Assembly: GCF_963676685.1 (NCBI RefSeq)
Contig: NC_092345.1
Coordinates: 106,578,001 to 106,642,000 of the forward strand
DNA from: Mytilus edulis
Taxonomy: Eukaryota
Direction of reading: 5' to 3'
Length of the DNA stretch: 64,000 nt
Position numbers and translations under genes: made by a program. How positions within the stretch are numbered: position 1 is the first letter of the stretch; each line of letters starts with the position of its first letter. Shown here piece after piece: positions 12,401 to 24,789 of this stretch. The notes under the pieces were generated by a model. It did no database searches, was not told where the DNA came from, and saw only the letters and a program-made list of their open reading frames with translations.

Positions 12401-15400
12401 TGACCACTGCCAGATAGAAAGAACAGCTGTACACAATTTTACAGATGATGATCCCATCATGATTTTGATTTTTGAAATAAAAATTAGATAGTGTGCTTTG
12501 TTACCTAGTTATATACTTTTAAGTGAGAACAACCTATATATAATATGGAACATTTTAAAATGTGATGTTACAATCTTGAATACCGAGAGAACTTACATGG
12601 AACTGTTTAACTCTGTCTGTTTGATAATACTGCTGTGTTTTAGCTTTCTCTATGGCCTCCCTTCTCTGCTGGGCCTGGTATTGGGCCTCTTCAAGGTCAA
12701 TTAATTTCTTCTCTTCTTCCTCTTTTTGCTCCCGAATGGTTCTGGCTTCTAACTTCCTGTGTCTTTGACCCTGTTGAGAACAATTTATTATAATTCTATG
12801 TAACAAACCCTAACCCTGCATGTCCTATTTTAAGTGGAGTAAAAATCAATACCAATTATTTCTGCAAACAAGGTGTATTTTTATTAGAGCAGCCTTTTTT
12901 TTAATTTTTTTTCTTTATTTGAATAAATTTCTGTGACAGGAGATTAATTGTGTTGTGAAAAATTATAAAAAAACGAGCAAGATGATAGACACCATTTTCA
13001 ACTATAGTAAGTAGGCTAAGAGTACAGAAAATGTGGTCATGTTTTGTTATCAGGTCAGTAACATGGCCATGACAACCAAACTCAATACTCACTATGATTG
13101 TATTTCCCCAGGTATCAACCATCTCCTTTGATTTCTTTTTCTTTTCATCAATTTCAGCTTGTTTCCTCCTTTCTCTATCTTCATCTATTTGTTTTCTGTG
13201 GAGCTGTGACTGGATTCTTTCCCAGTCCCCTTTGGACAGGACTGTCACCTGACGTAGATCTACACCTTCCCCCATTCTTATTCCAGGTTGTTCTGCTGGC
13301 ATTTCTGGAGTGGCTAAATATAAGTAAAAACATATATTTTTCATTTCAATTTGAAACAAACAATTTTTTCTTTATATAATTATTAATAGTTTGTATGTAG
13401 AAAAATAATACTGAATTTGAACACTGTCAATCTAAGATTAGTTGGTTCTAAGTTTTGTGGAATATTATGGACTTTGTCTTTGAGTACATAAATAATAAAA
13501 ATATATACAACTTTCATACTACTTCTAGTCATGAAGTAATATCTTTACATCACTACATACGTATGTTCTATGATGCGTTTCCCCAAAGTACCTCAGAGAA
13601 GACAGGGCTGTTCATTCATAAAATTGAATTGACATGTACATGTCCTACTCATGTTTATTACAGGACAGAAACAAGATCCTGTTGATGGAGGCTACTGTTG
13701 ATGCATAGGATTAAAGGATTTTTTGCAAAGTTGTATATCTGATTGCCAAGAGTAACCACTGCTTCACAATAAATCTTTTATCTGACAAGAAATGGGATTG
13801 GCCATAAGATAAGGGTCGTTGTGAGTGACACAAGCCACAAGGTCATGTTATAGTCATGACAGTCATGATTGATAGTTTGATAATAATGTTCAGGTTCATC
13901 TAAAGGCATTAAATATATGGTGGTGTGTACACCACAAAATCTACTCTTGAGTTCAGACAAACTGATGCATCTTCATCTTGGAAAGTTTTAAGGCCTGGTT
14001 TGACCTAGATACCTATACTCCTCATCAATATGATGTCACATCATTGATATCACTTTATCAGTCTTTGTATCAAAATCTTTAGCCATTAATATTAAACCCC
14101 CTTATGATTATAAGGGCTCTAAGCCTTATCTATATTTCATCATGTCACGTGTAAAAAACAACTGCTTGAGTTATACAATGAAAAATTCTGCCATGTTAAA
14201 TTTTATTTTACCTATTTTCTCTGCCATGGTGGTCGAGAGACCTGCAGCAGCCCACATAATGTATAATAAAGTTATATGATATGGCTTTTTTAATATCACA
14301 CCTATTTTATGGTGATACCAGTTATTTCCATCTTTATTCAGATGGAAGACTGGAAAAATTAAAGAAGAAGAAATCCACCCAGAACCAAAAATCTTAAGTT
14401 TGTATTGTTATATGTGAACCATATCAAAATAAAACTTGGCAGTGGCTATTTGACAGGCACTGGCTAAATAGCAAATTTGCTATTTAGCCAGCACTGAATA
14501 AAACTGTTCATTGATGTGATTAGCAGAGAATAAAAAAGCTTGATAATAATTTAAAATCATTTTATCACAATATGAAGCATTAGAAATATAGTACAATAAT
14601 TTTTTTTTTTATTGAAGATGTTCATAAATAAATAATGTATAACTTTATAACATCAATTAAAAGCATGAAAACACATTTGTATATATGCATTACTAAATAT
14701 ATGTTTTTCTAAAATATTTATAAATCTGTGATACATCATTACTCCACATTACCAGATTTTGCTGAACACTTTCTGATTGCCTTAAATTCTTTGCGAACAG
14801 AACGAGACCTCAAGACAAGTGGTATATTTCAAAAGAGGACTCTGTTTTAGCATTCTCGAATGATTAAATATCATTCTAATATGACGTGCTTCTTTCGCTT
14901 TGTAAACAACACCGTGTGAAAATTCTCGATATATCTATACTTAGCGCAGACTCAGAAATATACATAATAAAGGATGTTACAATATACCTCCCACGTAAAT
15001 CCACATGTATTTGAACCTATTTGCAAAAGCATTGCCGATTTTATTGAATTAGAAATTGTAAAAAACAAAAGACAAAAGAACTTTTATTCTTATTCGGATG
15101 CGTTATAAAAAGAATAAGTATACTGCAACTAGTTGTGTTTATTTCCCAAATATAGTAACACAGCTATATTTTGTGCAATGTCAATTTCATCATGGAACAC
15201 TTTCTCCACAAACCGGGGTTCATTAAGGGATGGAAATAAGCTTGATATTTATGTTACGATTTTAAAAGCCGTCAATCATATACTAACTGAAGTTGCAGTA
15301 TAAAAACAATATAAATTTTTTTGTAACCATCGAAGTTCGTATAATATTGTATTTAAATGGAATTGAGGTAGGTTTTGTTTTATTTTCTATTCTATTGCAT

Positions 15401-17257
15401 GATTCGCATATTAACTGATTTCAGCGAGTCAACATGGCAGCTTCTTCGTTACGAAATGTCAATTTTGGTTTTGACGGTAGCTTACGAGGAAACATGTAAA
15501 TTAAAAATCGCAAATATTGGGTTTGAGAATTAAACATATTTTTTCTAGCGGTTATAAACGAAATAATCAATGCAAGCTAAAGATTTCTGAGAATATTTGA
15601 GTTTTATCTAACAAGGAGTAAAAAAGAACAGCTACACCCACGGCATACCCATCCTCGATTCAGTATTTGAATGAACTTATTTGTCCTATTAGAATCGAAA
15701 TAATTCATGGAAGCCATAGATTTGTTGTAAATTTACACATGGCCTGGGCCGTGATATTCGTTAATTTTATCCCTCGCTAACGCTCAGGATAAAATTCGAA
15801 TATCACGGCCCAGGCCATGTGTAAATTTCCAACAAACCTATGGCTTCCATGAATTATTTCTTAAATATTAGTATTTTAATAACCAAGGAACAAGTTGAAG
15901 CAAGACCTGAAATTTTAACTGCCTCTAGTATGGACTCAATTGTAAACATTGATTTCAATCAAAAATTATTGTCATAAAGATGCATGGGAAGCTATTTTAA
16001 AAAAAGAGCGTTTATAAAGAGAAATAAAAGAACCCTATGCACACATGATGCAGATTTAAAGGAAGCCAGTGTAATGTGTAGTTCCTATTTGGAGTGGTAA
16101 CATTTATCTTGTGCTAGATTAAAACAACTTTTAAAGGCAAAGAACTGGGTTTTTTTAACAATTGCAAATGTTAAATCATGTGTCCTTTTGAAATTCCTAG
16201 CAAACAACTTTTAATATTGTCTTTTTAAGATGTATGTAGTTTTACATAACACTATTTTTATAGCATGGCAGGATATTTAAACCATAGATTTTGCACAAAT
16301 TTGGACATCAACTTTTTTATAAATATTTTTGAAAAGAATATATTTAAAAATGTATATACAAATGTGTTTTCATGCTTTTAATTAATATTATAAAGTTATA
16401 AAGTATTTATTTATGAACATCTTCAATAATTTTTTTTATTGTACTCAGTGTATTTTTAATGCTTGATATTGTGATAAAATGATTTTAAATTATTATTAAG
16501 CTTTTTTATTCTCTGCTTATCATATCAATGAACAGTTTTATTCAGTGCCGGCTAAATAGCAAATTTGCTATTTTGCCGGTGCCGGTCAAATAGCAAATTT
16601 GCTATTAAGCCGGTGCCGGTCAAATAGCTACTGCCATAAAACTTTCATCATTGTTCATATCATACCTTTATCGTACAATATGATCCCTCAAGCTCTTAAG
16701 ATAATATTGATATCTCAGGTTGATATTGATAGAGTGTGTCGTATTGGGGTCTAAGCATGATGTGGGATTGCCGTTTTTTGTAAGTGTGACACGTGAAAGT
16801 CAAATTATTGTGCTATGAAAATGTGGAATGAAGTCTAGCGGGACATGGGAAATTACACAAAAAAAAGAGAATTGCTTACATACATTGTGTAAGCGGGATC
16901 CGATCTGGGATCAGAACCTCCAATGAGACTTCTATTCTAATAGATACGAATGGGATATTGAATAAGCGCCAGCCATATATTATTCAGGTCTAGCCATGCT
17001 TTAAAACTTTTCAAGGCAAACTGATTTTTTTGTCAGGATGAAATTTGTGGTGTAAATATGGCTACATTAACGAAAATTTTATGTCATGATTGATGCATGG
17101 AAGTACCTTACGGATGATCAAGAATTACATTCCCCAAAAGGACAAATTACTTATATTTTAAGATATTTTTCTTTCCGTAAAGTTATGAGTCGATTTTCAT
17201 AAAACCCTCACCTCTATTTTGGCCTTTTCTGCGACCGTGCATAACACTGGCTGCCAT
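6482..17257 (-). CDS. CFAP210: Cilia- and flagella-associated protein 210 (CCDC173), trichohyalin-plectin-homology coiled-coil protein, 552 aa
   Basis: Coding exons (minus strand): 17257-17212, 13313-13093, 12770-12597, 11968-11763, 11028-10818, 10314-10229, 9508-9316, 7465-7301, 6838-6482. All introns are GT-AG with consistent phases; total 1659 nt. Recognisable segments: MHGRRKG, VDLRQVTVLSKGDWERI, QYYQTDRVKQFHSAL, and C-terminal GGIRPSY...SKKRLGFVW, matching my recall of CCDC173. Confidence 0.92.
8739..8893. mobile_element. GC-rich MITE (same TIR family, different interior), 5-bp TSD CTTCC
   Basis: CAGTGGCGGATCCAG ... CTGGATCCGCCACTG with CTTCC on both sides. Confidence 0.88.
8908..9330 (-). 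repeat. 30-bp minisatellite x14 made from the CFAP210 exon 7 donor junction
   Basis: Unit on the minus strand is (C/A)ATAGACATGTACAG|GTAATTTAT(G/C)CTAGC. Copies start at 8911, 8941, ..., 9301; the rightmost copy contains the real exon end. Confidence 0.95.
10097..10250 (-). repeat. 30-bp minisatellite x5 made from the CFAP210 exon 6 donor junction
   Basis: Unit on the minus strand is AAAAAGAACTGGAAATTCATAA|GTAAGTCT. One copy has a mutated donor. Confidence 0.92.
14438..16635. mobile_element. Non-autonomous Mutator/Foldback-like DNA transposon: about 290-bp TIRs, 9-bp TSD ATAAAACTT
   Basis: 14438-~14730 is the reverse complement of ~16320-16635 (GGCAG...CTGCC termini). ATAAAACTT occurs at 14429-14437 and 16636-16644. 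Located in CFAP210 intron 1. Confidence 0.85.
15697..15860. mobile_element. 164-bp near-perfect foldback (hairpin MITE) nested inside the Mutator-like element
   Basis: GAAATAATTCATGGAAGCCATAG...CACATGGCCTGGGCCGTGATATTCG pairs with CGAATATCACGGCCCAGGCCATGTG...CTATGGCTTCCATGAATTATTTC. Confidence 0.8.
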
Positions 17258-17423
17258 TGTAAAAAAAATAATAATAGATCACCGCTCCAGAATGACGTTG
17301 TTAGGGAAAACAGCCATGTAACTAAATAGATAGACGTCACATCCACTTCCTGTAGGAAAAAGACCTTGACCTCAAACAAAAACATTTAAACTTCCGGAGT
17401 ATCTAGAAAGATTTGTAACTGAG
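17258..17423. promoter_or_regulatory. Putative bidirectional promoter for CFAP210 / PHOSPHO2, with a candidate non-coding first exon of PHOSPHO2
   Basis: CFAP210 ATG is at 17257 (minus). Motifs: X-box-like GTTGTTAGGGAAAAC (17297-17311), CRE-like GACGTCAC (17333-17340), ETS-like CACTTCCT (17344) and ACTTCCGG (17390). Possible plus-strand donor GAG|GTATAA at 17423. The PHOSPHO2 ATG directly follows a TTTAG acceptor, which implies an upstream UTR exon. Confidence 0.5.
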
Positions 17424-17699
17424 GTATAAACAAACGGCCTACATACTAGGCAATTTATATAATGTCAGGGGTAACAAGTACAATCGACACCCACAGAAAA
17501 AGTCCAATCGGCACTTGGTTAAATCGGCAGCTGGTCAAATCGGCACCTATCAAAAGTCAATTCGGCATCAAATAACATTTGATATATATCTTTTTATAAA
17601 TAAATCTAAAAATGTAAACCGTCTTTCTAAAAACAAAATTGGGGTCTATTCATTACATTTTTAAAAATCATCAAGCGGTTTAAATACATGAGCTAATTG

Positions 17700-19525
17700 A
17701 TTGAAGTTTTCTCAACTTTCTATGACTTGGGATCAGATTAAAACAGACATAAATATGATAACAAAGTACATCTATAATCATATACACGATATGCCAATAG
17801 ATAAAACCTGGCAAACCTTCAAGAACGGTGTACAAGCAACAATTGACACCAACGTACCATCTAAAATGATAAAGAAAAAGCACTCTGTCCCATGGTTAAA
17901 CAAAAAATGCTAAAACGGAAAGCTAGGTTGCACAAACATGCTAGAAAAACTGGAAGTTACAAATAATATAAACAATTCCAAAAAGACTGCAAACACCAAT
18001 TTAGAAAAGCAGAATGGAACTATATTAATGACATCATCAATGCAGGTTTTGAAAAGAATAGTTCTAAACCATTCTGGAACTACATGAAAGCAAAGAAACA
18101 AGATAATATAGGAGTAGCACCACTAAAGTCAAATGGAGGCCTTACAAACGACAGCAAAGAAAAGGCAGAAATTCTAAACAACCAATTCAAATCAGTATTC
18201 ACTAAATTAGATGCGAACTCACAAATACCACCACTAAAGAAAAGATCAACTTCAAATATTTCAAAATTAGACATAACATCAGAAGGAGTACATAAATTAT
18301 TGAAAAACGTAAATCCATCCAAAGCAATGGGACCAGACGGAATACCAAACACTGTCCTTATAACACGTGCAGAAGAACTCGCACCAAGTATATCCGCCAT
18401 CTTTCAAAAATCAATTGACACAGGCACTCTCCCTGAAGATTGGTTAAGTGCAAACATAGCTCCAGTATTTAAGAAGGGGGACGTCCACGCAGCTGAAAAT
18501 TACAGACCAGTTTCACTGACCTGTGTATCATGTAAGCTTTTGGAAAACATCATCTGTAAACACATTCTTAAACATCTGGAAAAGCACAAAATACTGACAA
18601 ATTTAAATCATGGATTCAGATCAGGTTACTCTTGTACAACACAGCTCTTAGTCACAACAGAAGACCTACTAAAGAGCTTCGACAGTGGCATTCAACTTGA
18701 TATGGCTATACTCCACTTTTCAAAGTCTTTTGATACTGTGCTACATAACAAACTTCTGGCAAAACTAAACAGCTTCGGAATAGATGGAAATCTGAACAAA
18801 TGGTTAGCAGCATTTCTGCAAAAACGATCAATGCGGGTTGTCGTAGAAGGTGAGCACTCAGAATATGCCCACGTAGACTCTGGCGTACCACAAGGCACAG
18901 TACTAGGACCGCTGCTTTTCCTATGCCACATCAACGACCTCCCGGAAAGCGTAAAATCTCAAGTTCGTTTATTTGCAGATGACTGCCTACTCTATCGAGA
19001 GATTAAAAACACAAAAGACCACCAAACTCTCCAAGAAGATCTTAAAGCTCTGGAAGTATGGGCACTAAATTGGGGAATGAAATTCAACGCAAAAAAATGC
19101 TATATAATGAGCTTCAAACAAAAATCAACACACTTCAACCACATACTAGAACAGGTACAAACTAATCCTTACCTAGGTCTTAACATATCTGATGACCTAA
19201 AATGGACCAGCCACATAGGGAAAACAACAAGCAAGGCAAGCTGTACACTGGGGTTCCTGAGAAGAAACTTACGCCAGTGCCCCCAAGAGTGCAAAAAACT
19301 TGCCTACTTAGCCATGGTTAGATCCTTACTAGAATACGGTGCTGTCATCTGGGACCCATTCACCATCAGGGAAATAGAAAAAATAGAAAGCATACAGAAA
19401 AGAGGAGCACGTTTCATTCTGCACGACTATAAATCCAGAGACACCGGATGCGTCACAAATATGCTTTCTAAGCTAAAACTGCCACCTCTCCAAGAGCGAA
19501 GGAAACATCAGAGGCTGACTTACAA
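17700..19525 (+). mobile_element. Non-LTR retrotransposon (LINE, CR1/L2-group) ORF2 fragment with reverse transcriptase
   Basis: ORF 18084-19571 contains KAMGPDGI, NYRPVSLT, SGVPQGTVLGPLLF, FADDCLLY and YLGL. The upstream part is frameshifted, and the RT motif LDFSKAFD is mutated to LHFSKSFD. Confidence 0.92.
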
Positions 19526-19605
19526 ATCTGTATACTTAAAGTTAAAATACTCATTCACTGCACATATTTAACATGTTTAAAATTATTAATTTAATTTACT
19601 TTTAG

Positions 19606-22224
19606 ATGGAAAATTCAAGAAAAATGTTGCTTGCAATTGACTTTGATCATACCCTTATAGATGAAAACAGCGATTTATGGGTGAAGAGATTAGCACCAGA
19701 TGGGAAACTCCCTGATCACATTGAGGCTCTGTATAGTTCTACAGGATGGACAGAGTACATGGGATCTATTTTTCAATATTTATATGATATTGGTATGTTC
19801 TTATTTGATTTATATCATAAACATAATTATACTTATCACAATTAATGCCAGTTATATATGAAAGACTCTGAACTGCGATGGTACTCCGAATCACGATGGT
19901 CACGCTGAGGTGTGATGGTTTGACGCTGAAGTGTGTTTTTGGAAAGATTGGAACTTGTTCTAAATCTTTCCTTAGGCACTGGCCTTCCTAACAACACAAC
20001 AGGTTAGCTACTATTTCTGCATGTATTCACACTGAAATATAGTTCCCTTAGTTCTCATGTATGTGCACATAATACACACATAAACTGTGAAAAATGGGTA
20101 TATTTATGGAGCAGTACATTCAAGAATGTATGTAATTAAGGTGTGTTGATGTGCAGGCTTTTTTAAAGCATTTTGATTAGGTAATTGAGTATTGATATAC
20201 ATTGTAATACTAGTATGATTGACAACTGTCATTATCACCAAACAATCAGGGACAAGGTGGACCTTAAATTACAATGCCCTACCTCCTAAACTGTCAATCA
20301 AATTGACCACATTTAATGATTACTTATCAACATCAGTGTTACATAATCATACAGACCCAATATACATTTCAATACACAAATATTTGACCTCATAATTGAA
20401 TACACAAATGTATATATCATGCATATTAGATGCTTGATATATAAGGATAATAGATTTATTTATTGCCTATTACTTTTGATCTACATTACATAAAGTTATT
20501 CTGTAAATTATGTCTGAAAGATAAAGGATTAATTAAGGATTAACACGATCTTTAAAAAAAATGAAATATAAATATGAATGTATAAAAGGTATTCAAGTTA
20601 GGCCTATAATTTACTCGATAAACCAATAATCATCTGTAATAAATCAACAATTTAGGTCAGTTCACTTTTTTTTATCAGAAATTGGCTGGAAACAGGATAC
20701 TGGAAAAGCACTTTTATTCCTACTAGAGACCTGCTGTTTATGCAATTTTCAGCAATTCTGTTTTATTGATGTTCTTTTGTCCGCACCATACCTTAATATG
20801 TAATTATTCAAACTCGTCTTCCAATCTTTCCACATGTGCTATCCAGCGCTTTAATTTATCACGCTGAAGTGCAATGGATGCATTGTGACGCTATCTTGTT
20901 GATAGTAACACTGAGGTGCGATGGTGGTCATGCTGAAGTGCGATGGTGGCATTGTGACGCTATCTTGTTGATAGTAACGTCGAGGTGTGATGATGGTCAC
21001 GCTGAAGTGCTATGGTCTATACAAACTTTTTTCAATGTTTTTTATATGTCGATGTAGAATACAATTTATATGTGAGAAGCAGTTTTCCATGTTTTTAAGT
21101 TGATTTGGGGTGGGGCTTCAAAATTAAATAACAACAGCAAATGGGAGATTGGTGAAAAGTTAACATTCTGTAGCAATTTTTTTAAATCTACAAAAGTTCC
21201 TCTTTACATATACGGTGGAGCATGACATTCTTTAAATTTAAATATGCACGGGTTAGCAGACATACTCTCCGTATTATAATATGATGGTAAACAATGATCT
21301 CATAAGAGAAACAAAGTACAGATATTAAATTTTAATGTCCACAAAAAAGTCTTATAGAAAATCTAAAGAGGAAATCTTTTGAAAGCTCTGTAGCTATAAT
21401 AGATCTAGGTTCTCTTCATTAGGCCCAAAGATGGCATTCTCACCAATGATAATAATATTCCTTTAAGTATCTATTTAATTATCTATAATCAGAATTGTTT
21501 CCATAACTATATATACATAACTAAGTATTTTGCTATTTGGTACTATGTATACTTCGGCATTTTATTTATAATACTGGTAGTCCCTTAAGCTTAGTACCTT
21601 CAGGTCACCTTACATAAATTTTATTGGTAAGTCTTTTGATTTATTTCTTTTTCAGGAATAAAAGAAGATGACATAAGAAAGTGTATGGAAGAAATTCTGT
21701 TAACAGAAGGCATGGCAGACTTATTAAAATACTGTAACGACAAAAGTTATGAAATAATAATAATATCTGATTCTAACTCAGTTTTCATAGATATGATTCT
21801 AGAGCATACACAATTACAAAAAATGGTTACTAAAGTATTCACAAATCCTGCTTTCTTTGATGATACTGGATGTCTAAAAATAGAATATTATCACCATCAA
21901 GACTGGTGTGACTTGAGTACCATCAATCTATGTAAAGGGAATATTTTACAAAGTTATTTAGAAAAGCGAGGAGAAGAAGGAATTAACTTTGATTATATCT
22001 TCTACATAGGAGATGGAACTAATGATTTCTGTCCAGCTTTAACATTAAAGGAAACAGATTATGTGTGTCCAAGAATTAATTTCAGATTATGGAAGAAAAT
22101 TCAGAAATTGAAAAATCCAGAATCCTCAGAATCTTCAAAGGAAGAATTACCTCAACTGAAAGCTCAAATACTGAACTGGAGTAGTGGATTAGACATACTT
22201 GAACAAATTAAACAACTCGAGTAA
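19606..22224 (+). CDS. PHOSPHO2: Pyridoxal phosphate phosphatase PHOSPHO2-like (HAD superfamily, PHOSPHO1/2 family), 251 aa
   Basis: Exons 19606-19792 and 21656-22224 (phase 1, GT-AG). Motifs: DFDHTLIDENSD (HAD motif I), IISDSNSVFI, NLCKG, YIGDGTNDFCP. Confidence 0.9.
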
Positions 22225-22385
22225 TTCAGTTCTGTGACATGTTGCATTTCCATAGCCAGTTATTTAATAAAAAATTAAACATCCTATTATTCAGTATCTT
22301 TAAATATATAATGGAGGGAATAGACTATATATTTTAGATCAATATGAAACAAAAATACGGTATGATTGATAATGAGACAAAATAA

Positions 22386-22620
22386 TATTTAACTAAATGG
22401 TAAACCTATTTAACTAAATGGTAAACCTATTTAACTAAATGGTGAACCTATTTAACTAAATGGTGAACCTATTTAACTAAATGGTGAACCTATTTAACTA
22501 AATGGTGAACCTATTTAACTAAATGGTAAACCTATTTAACTAAATGGTAAACCTATTTAACTAAATGGTGAACCTATTTAACTAAATGGTGAACCTATTT
22601 AACTAAATGGTAAATCTATT
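22386..22620. repeat. 21-bp minisatellite x~11
   Basis: TATTTAACTAAATGGT(A/G)AACC repeated, downstream of the PHOSPHO2 stop. Confidence 0.93.
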
Positions 22621-22689
22621 GGCAGAATGAATATAAAGTACTGTTGTTAAACATTGTTATTTCCAATATATTTTTTTATTATACCTTTG

Positions 22690-22915
22690 AGATTCATCAT
22701 ACTTACCCCCAGTCTTTTTTATAGTTATTTGGTCCATAAACACTGATACAGTTACATAAATTCATCATATTTTATATTCAGTCTTTTTTATAGTTATTAG
22801 TCGATAACAACACTGATACAGTTACAAAAATTCATCATACTTTTCACCAATTCTTTTTTAAAGTTATTTGGTCCATAAACACTGATGCAGTTTCATAATT
22901 ACATCATACTTATAT
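22690..22915. repeat. Degenerate ~65-bp tandem repeat x~3.5
   Basis: TTCATCATA...TCTTTTTTATAGTTATT...ACACTGATACAGTT recurs. Confidence 0.7.
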
Positions 22916-23039
22916 CCTTTTTATGCACAATAAGATTGACTATCCAACAAGTGCCTGTGTTTTTATGCCACACTTCAGTGCATAATGTTTTGATACGACC
23001 GCAAAAAAAGAGTTTGTGCTTTTAAATTGGTAGCACCTT

Positions 23040-24530
23040 GTCATTGTCAGCGAAGACAGTTGGTTTCCTGACAATAACTTTAGTATAAATAAATAGAAAT
23101 TTATGAAATTTAAACACAATGTTAATAACCACAAAAGGAAGGTTGGGAGTAATTTTTGGGGTTATGATCCAATCAGTTTTGTAATTAAGGGCCAAAAAGA
23201 GGCCCAAAAAGCATTTTTCTAGTTTCCAGACAATAACTTGGGTTTAAACGTGTATGGATCACTCTAAAATTATACCACAATTTTCCATACCACAAAGGAA
23301 TGGTTAGGATTGGCTTTAGGGGTTATGGGTCTAGCCAGTGAGGAATTAGGGGCAAAATAGGGCAAGGGAAACAGGGATTTCTTGGCTAATAGACAATTTT
23401 AAAGCAGTGTAAGGGAGGTAATCCAAATATATTGAGATAATCCAAACATATTACCTCCCTGACACTGCTTTAAAATCATATAATAGAACTTTTGTATTGT
23501 CTTGGGGTGATTAGCTGTCAATTTACTTTTTAAGAAGTTACTATTAACATAGACCGATCCAGGGGGGCCTGGGGGGCCCGGTACCCCTTTCATGGAAAAA
23601 TGTGGTTGATTATATAGGGAATCATTGAAGCATGACTGGAGAGGGGCCCCCCTTAGGTCAATCAGCGGGCCCCCCATAAGAAAAGTTCTGGATCCGCCAC
23701 TGATTAAATTTATGCTGATTAAGGAATATTAATTTTCTCTTTTAAGACTTTTATGGTGTATTTAAATATGTTATTATGGTTGCATCTCCAATGGAATTTT
23801 GAATAGAAATTATGACCATATCTTGTGCGAAAGAATTTTTTTGAAAAAAAAGGGGGGGCGGGATAATTTTTTCAGATTTCAAAAAGTTAAAAAGATTTTT
23901 TTTTATATATATATATATATATTTTTGCATAAAAAAAAGGGGGTGATACAATTTTTGTTATTATCGGGTTGGGGTCAAAATGCAACAGCATAGTGTATTG
24001 CATAAAAGCAAAAAAATGAATAAAAGGTCAAAATCATCTAACCAATTCTAAGTTCTTTGACTACAGTTTAATATTATGTGTCTGAAACCTATTAAGTGGC
24101 AAATATTTAATTACTATCCAAATTCAGACATATCAAGCGTGAATATTGTTTTCAATTTTTGCCCCAATGGTTTGGACCTCTGCAGTTGTATCCAGCTGCG
24201 CTTGGCGAAGCAATTTATTTCTGTCTGTGCATCTGTTTATCCGTCCGTTCAGGATGACCTCCATTAAATCTCAGGAAACAACATATCTAAATTTTGAAAA
24301 TAAATCGTCAAAGCGTTTTCATGTTTATGAACAGACACTGCTTGGAACCTGTCCAACCGCCCGCCGTACATCCCCAAATCTTTAATAGAATTTTCCGGTT
24401 TAAAATGTGAAGCATGACTGTAATCGTTAGTCGTGCAGTTAGGGGCACAAAAAGGGCCAAAAACAAACATTTTTTCTAGTTTCCTGACCATAACTTGTGT
24501 TTACCTATGGATTCCTATGGATCTTCAGAA
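23040..24530 (+). mobile_element. Degenerate Helentron/HINE-type element(s) with internal ~170-bp satellite-like units; related fragment at about 26990-27360
   Basis: Recurring TACCACAAAGGAAGGTTGGG...AATTAGGGGCAAAA...TTTCTAGTTTCC units, and terminal GCTGCGCT..GCGAAGCA hairpin at about 24195 and 27340. Confidence 0.5.
23548..23702. mobile_element. GC-rich MITE, 5-bp TSD ATTAA
   Basis: CATAGACCGATCCAG ... CTGGATCCGCCACTG flanked by ATTAA. Confidence 0.82.
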
Positions 24531-24610
24531 CGATGGCACTGTTGTACCATTACAGTCTGCTCTTCTCCATCATCGTTGTATTTAATTGTACGTTTCTCAC
24601 TTCCGGATAG

Positions 24611-24761
24611 CAGAGGCGGATTTAGAGCCCCCCCCCCCCCCCCCCTTTTTGGGAAAAAAATTGGTTGTTTATATAGGGAATCACTGAAGCGTGACTGGAG
24701 CGGGGCCCCCTCTTAGGCAGTTATGGGGCCCCACTTATGAAAATTTCTGGATCTGCCACTG
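24611..24761. mobile_element. GC-rich MITE, imperfect 5-bp TSD GATAG/GATAA
   Basis: CAGAGGCGGATTTAG ... CTGGATCTGCCACTG. Confidence 0.8.
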
Positions 24762-24789
24762 GATAAGATTTCATATTCTGCTTCAAAAT

